Source: an uncultured Deferribacteres bacterium (lineage in GTDB: Bacteria > Zhuqueibacterota > Zhuqueibacteria > Zhuqueibacterales > Geothermadaptataceae). From it: a DNA stretch of 64,000 bases. A model generated the notes under the pieces. That model searched no databases and was not told the origin of the DNA. It saw only the letters and a list, made by a program, of their open reading frames with translations. Made by a program: the position numbers and the translations under genes. How positions within the stretch are numbered: position 1 is the first letter of the stretch; each line of letters begins with the position of its first letter. The stretch is from positions 23,226-87,225 of the forward strand of contig CAXHAT010000005.1 of the NCBI GenBank assembly GCA_964014485.1, written 5' to 3'. Below are positions 1-8,719 of this stretch, piece by piece.

Positions 1-23
1 GACAACCGGCGCAGTTTAGGCAT
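1..23 (-). CDS. hicA: HicA-family toxin, 5' end only (runs off window)
   Basis: ATG at 23 overlaps the hicB stop and reads MPKLRRL(S), a typical HicA N-terminus; partner context. Confidence 0.6.
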
Positions 24-249
24 AAACCGGTTCCATTTCCAAAGTGATGAGTATTGCTGGATCAGGAACTAATCCGAGCTCGGCCAAGTCTTCATCTTCC
101 AGATGAAGCTGTACCGCTTCTCGGAGATTTTGAGTTACTTCATCGAGCGTCGCTCCCTGCGTCACGACGGGGATCTCCAGGCATTCGGCGACATATCCGA
201 GTTGTTCTCCGGGGCGAACAAAAGCTTTGATCGTTCGTTGCAATCTCAT
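16..249 (-). CDS. hicB: HicB-family antitoxin
   Basis: 77 aa with YVAECLEIPVVTQGATLDEVTQNLREAVQLHLE, the HicB partial RNase H-fold motif. Confidence 0.85.
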   Translation of the reverse strand: MRLQRTIKAFVRPGEQLGYVAECLEIPVVTQGATLDEVTQNLREAVQLHLEDEDLAELGLVPDPAILITLEMEPVYA

Positions 250-349
250 TCTGTAAGTCTCCTGATATCTTGTTCAAACCAATCGTAATGGCCGAAAAAC
301 TCTTGCTGTAAAATAGCGAAAATGTGAAGCGATGCAATAACAATATCAA

Positions 350-511
350 TCACTCATATTTCAAAGCTTTCACCGGATTCGCCGAAGCGGCGCGGATGGA
401 TTGGACGCTGACGGTCAGCCATGCAATGAGCAAGGCGCTGAGTCCGGCCAAGGCCAAAATTCCTGCGCCAACGTCGATGCGATAGGCGAAATTTTCCAAC
501 CATTTTTCCAT
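350..511 (-). repeat. Direct-repeat copy of the last 54 codons of the ABC permease gene (1353-1514)
   Basis: Manual alignment 152/162 nt identical; intact mini-ORF MEKWLENFAYRID...LKYE*. Confidence 0.95.
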
Positions 512-565
512 GATAAATTCGATTCTATTCGGAATTCAATAAAAGGTCTTGTTCAAAAAAACAAC

Positions 566-594
566 TTGACGGCTCTATCACAATGTGATACATT
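566..594 (+). promoter_or_regulatory. Sigma70-type promoter with palindromic operator of the TA operon
   Basis: TTGACG(566)-17 nt-TACATT(589); perfect inverted repeat TATCACA-A-TGTGATA at 576-590; ATG at 601 with no SD. Confidence 0.75.
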
Positions 595-600
595 TATACC

Positions 601-975
601 ATGCTGAAACTGAAAACTAAATGGTTTAATAAATGGGCGAAGAAGAATTCAATTTCTAATGACGCTTTGTCAAAAACGCTTGATGCTTTAGCGAAAAACC
701 TTAGCGTCGTCAATTTAGGAAGCGGCTTGTATAAGATTCGAACTGCAAAGGCGGGGCTAGGGAAGAGCGGCGGCTACAGGACGCTCGTTGTTTACAAAAA
801 ATTGGATAAGGCGATATTTGTTTACGGGTTTTCTAAAACAGATCGAGAGAATCTAAACAGCAAAGAATTGGCGTACTTTAAAAAATTGGCAAAAGACTTG
901 TTGCTGATAACCGATGATGAATATGCACGGCAGGTAAGGTTGGGACATTTTTTTACTTTGGAGAATGAAAGGTGA
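601..975 (+). CDS. RelE/HigB-like type II toxin
   Basis: LGSGLYKIR...GKSGGYR...YGFSKTDRENL motifs; overlaps downstream HTH gene. Confidence 0.85.
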   Translation: MLKLKTKWFNKWAKKNSISNDALSKTLDALAKNLSVVNLGSGLYKIRTAKAGLGKSGGYRTLVVYKKLDKAIFVYGFSKTDRENLNSKELAYFKKLAKDLLLITDDEYARQVRLGHFFTLENER

Positions 976-1310
976 GAAAATCAATAAAGGAAGCTATCGG
1001 CGAGACGGTTCAGGACCTGCATATCGGCGGAATTGAGACGTCGTTTTCTGAAAAAGAACTGAAAGAACTGGGCGTTACGATTCCGGCTGTCGAAATCGAT
1101 GCGAGCGGTATTCAAGAGATTCGGAAACGCACAAAACTAAGTCAAAGCGTATTTGCTAAGATGCTCAATGTCAGCCCGTCGACAGTTCGGCAATGGGAGC
1201 AAGGGAAGCGAGAGCCTTCCGGCTCAACAAAAGTCTTATTGGAACTTTTAGATAGAGAGCCGACTATTCTCAACTATCGAATTAAACCGCCTCAAGCCTA
1301 CAAGTTATGA
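972..1310 (+). CDS. XRE/HigA-like HTH antitoxin
   Basis: IRKRTKLSQSVFAKMLNVSPSTVRQWEQGKREPSG HTH_3 motif. Confidence 0.88.
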   Translation: MRKSIKEAIGETVQDLHIGGIETSFSEKELKELGVTIPAVEIDASGIQEIRKRTKLSQSVFAKMLNVSPSTVRQWEQGKREPSGSTKVLLELLDREPTILNYRIKPPQAYKL

Positions 1311-1352
1311 GGCGGCCCATATTGTTTTGCGACGCTTCTTTTCTTCAAGCCA

Positions 1353-3743
1353 TCACTCATATTTTAGCGCTTTCACCGGATTCGCCGAGGCGGCGCGGAT
1401 GGATTGGACGCTGACGGTCAGCCAGGCGATCAATAAGGCGCTGAGTCCGGCCACGGCCAAAATTCCTGCGCCAACGTCGATGCGATAGGCGAAATTTTCC
1501 AACCATTTTTCCATCCCGAACCACGCCGCGACGCTCCCGATTAAAAATGCGACAAAAACCAACTTGGTGAATTCTCTGGAAAGGAGCAGAATGATGTTTG
1601 AAATGGTTGCGCCTAAGACTTTGCGCACGCCGATTTCCTTCGTGCGCTGCTCAGCGGCAAAAGCGGCGAGCCCAAAGAGTCCGAGACAACCGATCAGCAA
1701 GGCCAAAAATGCGAACGCAGTAAATGTCTGGCCCAGCCGCTGCTCGGCGCTATAAAGTTGGTCGAAGACCTGATCAAGAAAAAAGTAATCGAAGGGGCGG
1801 GACGAATCGTAGCTTTTCCAAATTTGTTCAATTTTTTCCAGAGAAGCGGCGACGTTGTCCGTTTCAATACGCGCTAAAAGATAGCTAACCGGCGGCGCGG
1901 CCATGTAAATCACCAGCGGCTGGATTTCCTGGTGCAAGGAGCGGAAATGAAAATCTTCCACCACGCCGACCACACGTCCTTCTTGTTGCAGCCAATTGCC
2001 GTCCGGCCCGCGCTCTATTGGGCGTGACATGCGCTTGCCTATCGGATCGTCCCAGCCGAATTGCCGGGCAGCCGTTTGGTTAACAATGAACGCTTCCTGT
2101 GCATCTGTCGGGAAATCCTTTGAGAACCACCTTCCAGCCGTAACCTGCGTTTCCATCGTTTCCTGAAAAGCCTCGTCCACGACCAGAACGCGCGACATGG
2201 CGCGCTGCATTTGATCGTCGATTTCCGCCATGAACGGCATGCCCCAATCGCTGCCGCCGGGCAAATTTGAGGTCGTTGAGACGTTTTTGATGCTTGGCAG
2301 GCGCAAAAGTTCGGAGCGAAAAGCCTCAGGGCGCGCAGTTACGTTGCTTTCAAACGCGCGAATGACGAGCACCTGATCTTTGTTGAAGCCGAGCTTTTTA
2401 TTTTGGATAAATTGCATCTGCTGATAAATCACGCCGGTGCTTGCGATCAGCGCGATGGACACGGTGAATTGTGCGACAACCAGAATTTTCCGCAAGCGTC
2501 CGCTGCCGCCTGCCGGTGAAGCGCTTTTGAGCGTAGCGATTGGCCGGAATGAAGAAAGAAAAATCGCCGGATAACTGCCGGAAATCAGCCCGGTTAAAAC
2601 GGCGACCCCGACGAAGCTTGTGATAATCAGCGGATCGCTGAAATAATTCACGCTCAGAGTTTTGCCGGTCAACGTGTTAAAATAGGGCAGGAGCAATTCG
2701 ACCAGGGTGATCGCAAGGAATAATGAGAACAAACAAAGCAGCAGCGATTCTCCCATAAACTGCCGCACCAATTGCGCGCGTTCAGCGCCGATGACTTTGC
2801 GCATCCCGACTTCGCGTGCGCGTTTTGCGGCGCGCGCCGTGGCTAAGTTCATAAAATTGATGCAAGCGATGAGCAAGATAAATCCCGCAACGATGAGAAA
2901 AAGATAGACATACTTTATGTCGCCGTTGGGGCGAAATTCACGGAAGAGATTCGAGTGCAGATGAATCTTGGTGAGTTTTTGCAAGACCGGCGTTGTCTCC
3001 ATTTCCGCGCGCTGCTCCGCGGCAATGTGCCGATCCAGAAACGCCGGGAGTTTGGCTTCAAACGCTTTGGGATCGACGCCTTCTTTGAGCAAAAGATAGA
3101 GGTGGAAATTGTTGACGCGCCATTCGGTCAAATCCCAGAAATCGTAGGAAACGAATGATGCGAGATAGTTGAAGCTGAAGTGAGAGTTTCTCGGCACGTC
3201 GCGCACAACGCCCGTGACTTTGAATTGATCGCTGTTGTCGAAAAGCAGATTTTGACCGACAGGATCGTCCTCTCCAAAATATTTCTCCGCGAGAGATTCG
3301 GTAATCACGACGCTGTTTGGCTGTGTGAGCGCGGTTGAAGGATCGCCTTGCAGCAATTCGAAACTGAAAATATTGAAAATGCTGGAATCGGCGTAGAGCC
3401 CGCCGCTTTCGTAAGCTCTGGTCTCGCCGTTCACAATGAGCGTGCGCCCGAAAAATCGGAAGCGAACGAAATCTTCGACCTCCGGGTATTCTTCTTTCAA
3501 CGTCGGGCCCCACGGTGCGCCAGTGCGGGCGGAGCCGTTGCCGTCCTGTTCATTCCAGTTGACCGCACGAACGATGCGGTCTTTATTTTCGTGGTAAGTA
3601 TCGAAGCTCAATTCATCGCGCACGAAAAGGAGAATGAGAATCGAGCACGCCATGCCCATCGCCAAGCCAAAAAAGTTGATCAGCGAAATCGTTTTGTACT
3701 TCAGTAGATTTCGGAATGCGATTTTGAGATAGTTTTTGAACAT
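1353..3743 (-). CDS. ABC transporter permease, MacB/FtsX type (duplicated MacB-PCD/FtsX)
   Basis: MFKNYLKIAFRNL start; REVGMRKVIGA and KEIGVRKVLGA motifs; ends ANPVKALKYE. Confidence 0.95.
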   Translation of the reverse strand: MFKNYLKIAFRNLLKYKTISLINFFGLAMGMACSILILLFVRDELSFDTYHENKDRIVRAVNWNEQDGNGSARTGAPWGPTLKEEYPEVEDFVRFRFFGRTLIVNGETRAYESGGLYADSSIFNIFSFELLQGDPSTALTQPNSVVITESLAEKYFGEDDPVGQNLLFDNSDQFKVTGVVRDVPRNSHFSFNYLASFVSYDFWDLTEWRVNNFHLYLLLKEGVDPKAFEAKLPAFLDRHIAAEQRAEMETTPVLQKLTKIHLHSNLFREFRPNGDIKYVYLFLIVAGFILLIACINFMNLATARAAKRAREVGMRKVIGAERAQLVRQFMGESLLLCLFSLFLAITLVELLLPYFNTLTGKTLSVNYFSDPLIITSFVGVAVLTGLISGSYPAIFLSSFRPIATLKSASPAGGSGRLRKILVVAQFTVSIALIASTGVIYQQMQFIQNKKLGFNKDQVLVIRAFESNVTARPEAFRSELLRLPSIKNVSTTSNLPGGSDWGMPFMAEIDDQMQRAMSRVLVVDEAFQETMETQVTAGRWFSKDFPTDAQEAFIVNQTAARQFGWDDPIGKRMSRPIERGPDGNWLQQEGRVVGVVEDFHFRSLHQEIQPLVIYMAAPPVSYLLARIETDNVAASLEKIEQIWKSYDSSRPFDYFFLDQVFDQLYSAEQRLGQTFTAFAFLALLIGCLGLFGLAAFAAEQRTKEIGVRKVLGATISNIILLLSREFTKLVFVAFLIGSVAAWFGMEKWLENFAYRIDVGAGILAVAGLSALLIAWLTVSVQSIRAASANPVKALKYE

Positions 3744-4151
3744 GACAACGGCCTCGTTTAGGAAGGTTGTTTTTTAACGCGGAGTTGGTTGAGTCGCAAC
3801 GCTTCTTGCGGCTTGATCATGAACTCCAGTTTTGCGTGAAAAGTCATCCCGTTTCAAAAACCAATATTTATACCAACAGTTTGTTGAAACGCCTACCCGA
3901 GAAATCTTTTGACGGATCGATTGTTTTGAAGAGTAGTTAAGTTCTTTAGAAACAGTGGTTTTTGGAGTTCGTTGGAGTGCTCAAAAAAGACCTTAGCCAG
4001 TTACGGCTTAAGTTTGCGAAGACTTCCTTCGGCGCGCCTTTATCCGTTTGCAAAACACCGTCTGTGCGGTGGCGAACAAGAATCGATTGACCAATGCCAA
4101 CCAGCAATTGCTTGACCCTGAGAGAATTCGGTGTTTTATTGGGAGTGATGA

Positions 4152-5747
4152 ATGAGAATGATTCTATTTATCAGGAGTGTTGTTATGCTGTTGTTCCTGT
4201 CGATAAATCGAATTGGTCGGGAGTTGATTCTTCGAGCTCTTGATCATAGACTTGCGATAATATTTGTACTTTTTGGATTGTTCGCCTCTCCGCTTTCTTC
4301 ACAACCTGCCGAGAATTACGATTATCATCAATCCACGCAAATGATGGTTTATCGCGGGACGCAAGCGTTGATGATTTGCAACGGTTTGTTTGTCTCGAAT
4401 CGAACGCTGGAGCAAATTTATGCACAGGAATTGAAGCTGAATCACATGCCGGTTTTGCCGCCGTCGATGGTGGAAATTGATCGGGAAAAACGCACCGTGG
4501 CGGTCGGCGTCGGAGGCAACAGCTCAATTCCTGTGATGCGCGCCGTTTACCGCGAAGGTCTGGGAACGGTGTTGTTGGCTCCGGATCAGGATTTTGATGA
4601 CATTGACGAGCTGCCCGAACTAAAAATGCCGCCGCTCTCCAGTGATCCCGGCAAAATTTCCTGGCCGGATGGGGATTTACACACCGACAAGATTCTCCCT
4701 AAAGGCGTTTCAAAAAAGGCGCTCGAGGCGGCGGGAGAATGGGCTTTTAATCGCATTGAACATGGCGGACACGATTCGCAAATTACGCTTAGTTTGTTGG
4801 TGGTTTACAAAGGCCAGATTCTTTACGAACGTTACGCGCCGGGCGTTGATTTTACTACAAAAACGCGTACCTGGTCGACTGCGAAAAGCATTGCCAGCAC
4901 GCTCATTGGCATAGCTGTCGGGCAGGGAAAGCTTTCTTTGGACGAGTCGTTGCCATACAAAAATTGGGGCCCCAAAATTACCGGTGACGATACGACCGAT
5001 CCGCGACGCGCGATTACTTTGCGCAATGTTTTGCATATGTCGAGCGGGCTTTATCCGGTGGACAATCGGTTTTGCCACGTGGTCGGCTCGTGTCTGAGTT
5101 ATTGGTGCGGCGCAAGCTCGGTTCGCGGCGCGCTGGATCGCGGACTCATCCGTGCGCCAGGGAAGCATTGGGACTACGAAAACTACGACACAATTCTGGC
5201 AATTTATGCTTTGAAGACCGCTCTCGGCGACGCGCAAACGTACTTGGAATTCCCGCGCAAAGCTTTGTTCGATAAAATCGGTATGCGCAACACCATGCCC
5301 GGCGTAGATCGATTCGGCGATTATGTGATGAGCAGTCAAGTCTACACGAACGCGCGCGATTTGGCGCGGCTTGGGCTTTTGCACTTAAACAAGGGTAAAT
5401 GGAACGACGAGCAAATTTTGCCGAAAGAATGGGTGGAATTCGTCCGCACGCCTGCACCTTCTACTGAGAAAACGGGTCGATTCTATGGCGGGCAATGGTG
5501 GCTCGCTCCAGACGACCGAACGGATATTCCAGCGGGCGCTTATTCGACCGCCGGGCATCGAGGGCAGCATACTGTGGTCGTGCCGTCTCAGGATTTGGTG
5601 ATCGTGCGACGCGGGCTCGATTGGCAGCCGGGAAAATATCGTTTTTCCTGGCATGACCTGACGCGCGAAGTGATGAAAGCATTGCCGAAACGTCCCTGGG
5701 GTGAAAAGCCCGGCGATTCGATGCGTAGCGAAACCGGTTCTGAATGA
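4152..5747 (+). CDS. Serine hydrolase, beta-lactamase class C-like (start uncertain)
   Basis: SxxK (STAK), YxN (YEN), LLVVYKGQILYERY, GHRGQ motifs. Confidence 0.88.
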   Translation: MRMILFIRSVVMLLFLSINRIGRELILRALDHRLAIIFVLFGLFASPLSSQPAENYDYHQSTQMMVYRGTQALMICNGLFVSNRTLEQIYAQELKLNHMPVLPPSMVEIDREKRTVAVGVGGNSSIPVMRAVYREGLGTVLLAPDQDFDDIDELPELKMPPLSSDPGKISWPDGDLHTDKILPKGVSKKALEAAGEWAFNRIEHGGHDSQITLSLLVVYKGQILYERYAPGVDFTTKTRTWSTAKSIASTLIGIAVGQGKLSLDESLPYKNWGPKITGDDTTDPRRAITLRNVLHMSSGLYPVDNRFCHVVGSCLSYWCGASSVRGALDRGLIRAPGKHWDYENYDTILAIYALKTALGDAQTYLEFPRKALFDKIGMRNTMPGVDRFGDYVMSSQVYTNARDLARLGLLHLNKGKWNDEQILPKEWVEFVRTPAPSTEKTGRFYGGQWWLAPDDRTDIPAGAYSTAGHRGQHTVVVPSQDLVIVRRGLDWQPGKYRFSWHDLTREVMKALPKRPWGEKPGDSMRSETGSE

Positions 5748-5847
5748 CATGCGGTGACCATGTTAAAAAGTGTCCCGATTTTTGAAAAAAAGCCGCTTTT
5801 TAAAAGGAGAAAATGAATTTAAAGTAATTAAAAACATAAAGTTAACT

Positions 5848-5869
5848 ATTTTGCCGGCGCCGGCAAAAT
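5848..5869. repeat. Perfect 22-bp palindrome upstream of dinD
   Basis: ATTTTGCCGGC|GCCGGCAAAAT. Confidence 0.9.
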
Positions 5870-5884
5870 GGTCTGGGAGGGATT

Positions 5885-6483
5885 ATGAGTAAAAAAGAGC
5901 TTATCAGGCGTCTCAAAAAAAGTTTCGACGATCATGCAAACAAGATCGATGGCGTTGAGTTGTGGTTTGGGCGTGATTTGCAGGAATTATTGGGCTATAC
6001 GCAATGGCGAAAATTCGTCGGCGTTATTGACAGAGCGAAAATTGCTCGTGAAAAACTCACAAATCAGGAGAAAATTTAGCGCAACTTGCTTTTGAACGCG
6101 GGGTAGACGGTCAAGGGATAGGACGAATAAAAAGTCGCGGCGACCGAGCAATGTTCACACTTTCAACCGCCATGATGAAGCGCAGGCTTGGCGTGCCTAA
6201 AAACCGCCCGCTCGCGGATTTTTTGCCGCGCGTTACCACTGCCGGAAAAGCTTTCGCGGCGGAAATCACGAATTTCAACATTGAGGCAAGGAATTTAAAA
6301 GGAGAGTCGGAGATTTCGGACGAGCATGAGAAGCGCAACCGTGCGGCGAGGCAAATGATGCTCGATGCGGGAATCGTGCCCGAAAATCTTCCGCCGGCGG
6401 AGGACGTCAAGAAGGTGGGGCGGAGAGTAAGGAAGGACGAGAAAAGCATTTCGAAAGAAAGAAAAGATCAAACTGGAGTATGA
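5885..6483 (+). pseudogene. dinD: DNA-damage-inducible protein D (Bro-N domain), internally deleted and frameshifted
   Basis: N-part WFGRDLQELLGYTQWRKF; after a frameshift near 6075 it continues LAFERGVDGQGIGRIKSRGD...RPLADFLP...PENLPPAEDVKKV. Confidence 0.8.
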
Positions 6484-6484
6484 A

Positions 6485-6979
6485 ATGGCAGACAAACGTT
6501 CATCGACGATAATCGGGACAATTCTCATCGTTTTGGGGGCGGCGTTTTTGTTTCGAGACATGTTTAATATTGATTTTGACGCCATCTGGCCGCTCGTGTT
6601 TTTGGTGCTGGCGGGCGTTATGCTTAGTGCATACAACAGCAACCAGGGGCGAAATACTGAAGTGCTCATTCCGTTGTTCACTTTTCTCATGCTCTGGGTG
6701 GTTTTTCAATATTGTGCGCTGTTTGGCTGGCACAACATGTCACACATGTGGCCGGGATTCATGTTGGGCCCCGGACTTGGTTTCCTGGCGGTGTACTTCA
6801 AAAAACGCGAAACGGGGATGCTCATTCCCGGGTCAATCTTGGTCGGGTTGAGCCTGATTTTCTTTATCAGCATGAGCCCGTTTGCGAATTTTTGGCCTGT
6901 GTTGCTCATTCTTGTCGGATTGGCGATTATCGTTTTCCCTGGTATGCGAAAAAGCAACGGTGATCAGGAACCTTCGTGA
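6485..6979 (+). CDS. Multi-pass membrane protein, LiaI/LiaF-like repeats
   Basis: Repeated GxILIVLG and WPLVFL/WPVLLILVG hydrophobic segments; overlaps the kinase start. Confidence 0.7.
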   Translation: MADKRSSTIIGTILIVLGAAFLFRDMFNIDFDAIWPLVFLVLAGVMLSAYNSNQGRNTEVLIPLFTFLMLWVVFQYCALFGWHNMSHMWPGFMLGPGLGFLAVYFKKRETGMLIPGSILVGLSLIFFISMSPFANFWPVLLILVGLAIIVFPGMRKSNGDQEPS

Positions 6980-8388
6980 ATCTGTTCCGCAAAACTCGTC
7001 TGCGCACGCAATTGATCGTCTCGTTTGTTTTGCTGACGGGGTTGATGTTGTTTGCCATCGGGTTTTATCTCGACTGGCAATTGAAGCGTACGGTTGAAAA
7101 AGGGATCGGCGAGCGGCTTTCCGACGTGGCGGAATTGGCGGCTTTTGAAGCGGCTCGCACACAGGCTTTCAATCTTCTTCCCGGGGACGAACAAACCAGA
7201 ACGAGCCGTAATTTGCGGCAATCTTTCCGAAAATTTATTGTTCACGGCGGCGTTTCCAGGCTGCTGATCGTCGACTCAACGCGGCAGGTCTATTTTGACA
7301 GTGAAGGCGCTTTGAATATCGGCGACGAGCATGTCCGAATGCGCTTTGATTCTGAAGAGATCAGGCGAGCGCTGGAATCCGGTACAGCCCAGACTTCCGT
7401 GCTTTTTCGTGATGAAGAAGATGCGGTTTTTAAGGCGGCCTACGCACCAATTTTGGGTGACAGAGACGTCGTGGGGCTGGTTTACGTCGAAGGTGACGCG
7501 AACGCGCTGGCCGTTGTCGACGAAACCCGAAATTTGTTGCTGACGATTGGTTTCGCTGCTCTACTGGCCGCTTTTTTGTTTGCCGCGCTTTTGTCTCGGC
7601 AAATGACCCGCCCGTTAGAAAAATTGCAAAAAGCGGCGACGGCGATCAAATTGGGAAAGTACGAGGCAGTCGTTGAAGGCTCTGGAAATTTCGAAGTTGC
7701 CGAGCTTTCGCAAAATATTGAAGAGATGCGTTTGGCGATTGCCCGGCGGCATGAGCGTCAGCAGATGATGTTGGCGGGGATTGCGCATGAAATCCGCAAC
7801 CCATTGGGCGGCATCGAATTATTTGCCAGCCTTTTGCAAAAGCAAGCCAACGAAGAAGCGCGCCCGCAGGCCGAAAAAATTCTCAAGGAAGTTCAATATT
7901 TAAAAAAAATCGTTGTTGATTTTCTTGCCTATGCTCGCCCTCTCGAGCCAAAGCCGCGGAAAGTGAATTTGCGCGCATTGATTGAAGAAGTAAAGGGGCT
8001 CGTTCCGGCGGAGAATTTTGAAAACGCGTGGAAAATTGAGGTTGACGGAAAAACAAAAGTTCTTTTTGATCCCGATCATTTGCGCAGTATTTTATTGAAT
8101 CTTTTTGGCAATGCCGTTGAAGCTTTGAGTGATCACCAGGCGCCGGTAATTCATATTTCCGTTGAGCAAAGAAAGCAAAAGATTCTTCTGTCTGTCGCGG
8201 ACAATGGCCCCGGGATTTCAGACGATGCAAAAGCTCGAATTTTTGAACCCTTTTACACAACTCGGAGTCAGGGCGCAGGGTTAGGATTGGCTCTGGTCAA
8301 GCTTTTAGTGGAAGAAAATAACGGCGAAATAGCTCTTGTTGAGCGTAAGTGCGGCGCATGTTTTGGTTTAACGCTGCCGCTCGCGTGA
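6976..8388 (+). CDS. HAMP-domain sensor histidine kinase
   Basis: Two TM segments, HAMP, AHEIRNPL H-box, N, DNGPG, F and GxGLGL boxes. Confidence 0.95.
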   Translation: MNLFRKTRLRTQLIVSFVLLTGLMLFAIGFYLDWQLKRTVEKGIGERLSDVAELAAFEAARTQAFNLLPGDEQTRTSRNLRQSFRKFIVHGGVSRLLIVDSTRQVYFDSEGALNIGDEHVRMRFDSEEIRRALESGTAQTSVLFRDEEDAVFKAAYAPILGDRDVVGLVYVEGDANALAVVDETRNLLLTIGFAALLAAFLFAALLSRQMTRPLEKLQKAATAIKLGKYEAVVEGSGNFEVAELSQNIEEMRLAIARRHERQQMMLAGIAHEIRNPLGGIELFASLLQKQANEEARPQAEKILKEVQYLKKIVVDFLAYARPLEPKPRKVNLRALIEEVKGLVPAENFENAWKIEVDGKTKVLFDPDHLRSILLNLFGNAVEALSDHQAPVIHISVEQRKQKILLSVADNGPGISDDAKARIFEPFYTTRSQGAGLGLALVKLLVEENNGEIALVERKCGACFGLTLPLA

Positions 8389-8442
8389 ACGGGAATGAAG
8401 ATTGCTTATTGTCTGTTTGCCATTGGCTCTCTATTTCAAGTT

Positions 8443-8689
8443 GACTGATGTTATGCACGCATCGTTTGACACGCGCGATCAGAGTCCGAGGGCAATTTTT
8501 GATTCTCATTAGCTCCGCTCTTCAGAACGGAGATTTCTAAGACGGCCATCCCCTCTCTTCCGCCGCGCTGGCGCGGCGGAAGAGAGGGGAAAATAGGCAT
8601 TTTGCGCATCACCGGGCTGAAGCCCGGCGCTAATGAGACGGCTTTTGTCTCGGGACTCAGGATGTGCGTTGCCGCGCGTAACATCAGTC
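8443..8689. mobile_element. MITE-like element, TIR GACTGATGTTA, 5-bp target duplication AAGTT, carrying a TTAG-REP doublet
   Basis: GACTGATGTTA 8443-8453 / TAACATCAGTC 8679-8689; AAGTT at 8438-8442 and 8690-8694. Confidence 0.75.
8504..8638. repeat. REP-like inverted doublet, family A (TCTCATTAGC...GCTAATGAGA)
   Basis: Hairpin arms plus perfect 19-bp central stem 8550-8589; homologous to 57183-57315. Confidence 0.85.
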
Positions 8690-8719
8690 AAGTTAAGACT
8701 AACAGCTAACTTTGTAGAT

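Noticed and set aside
350..1514. DGR template/variable repeat pair
   Set aside because: Differences are mostly synonymous and not adenine-specific; no reverse transcriptase in the window
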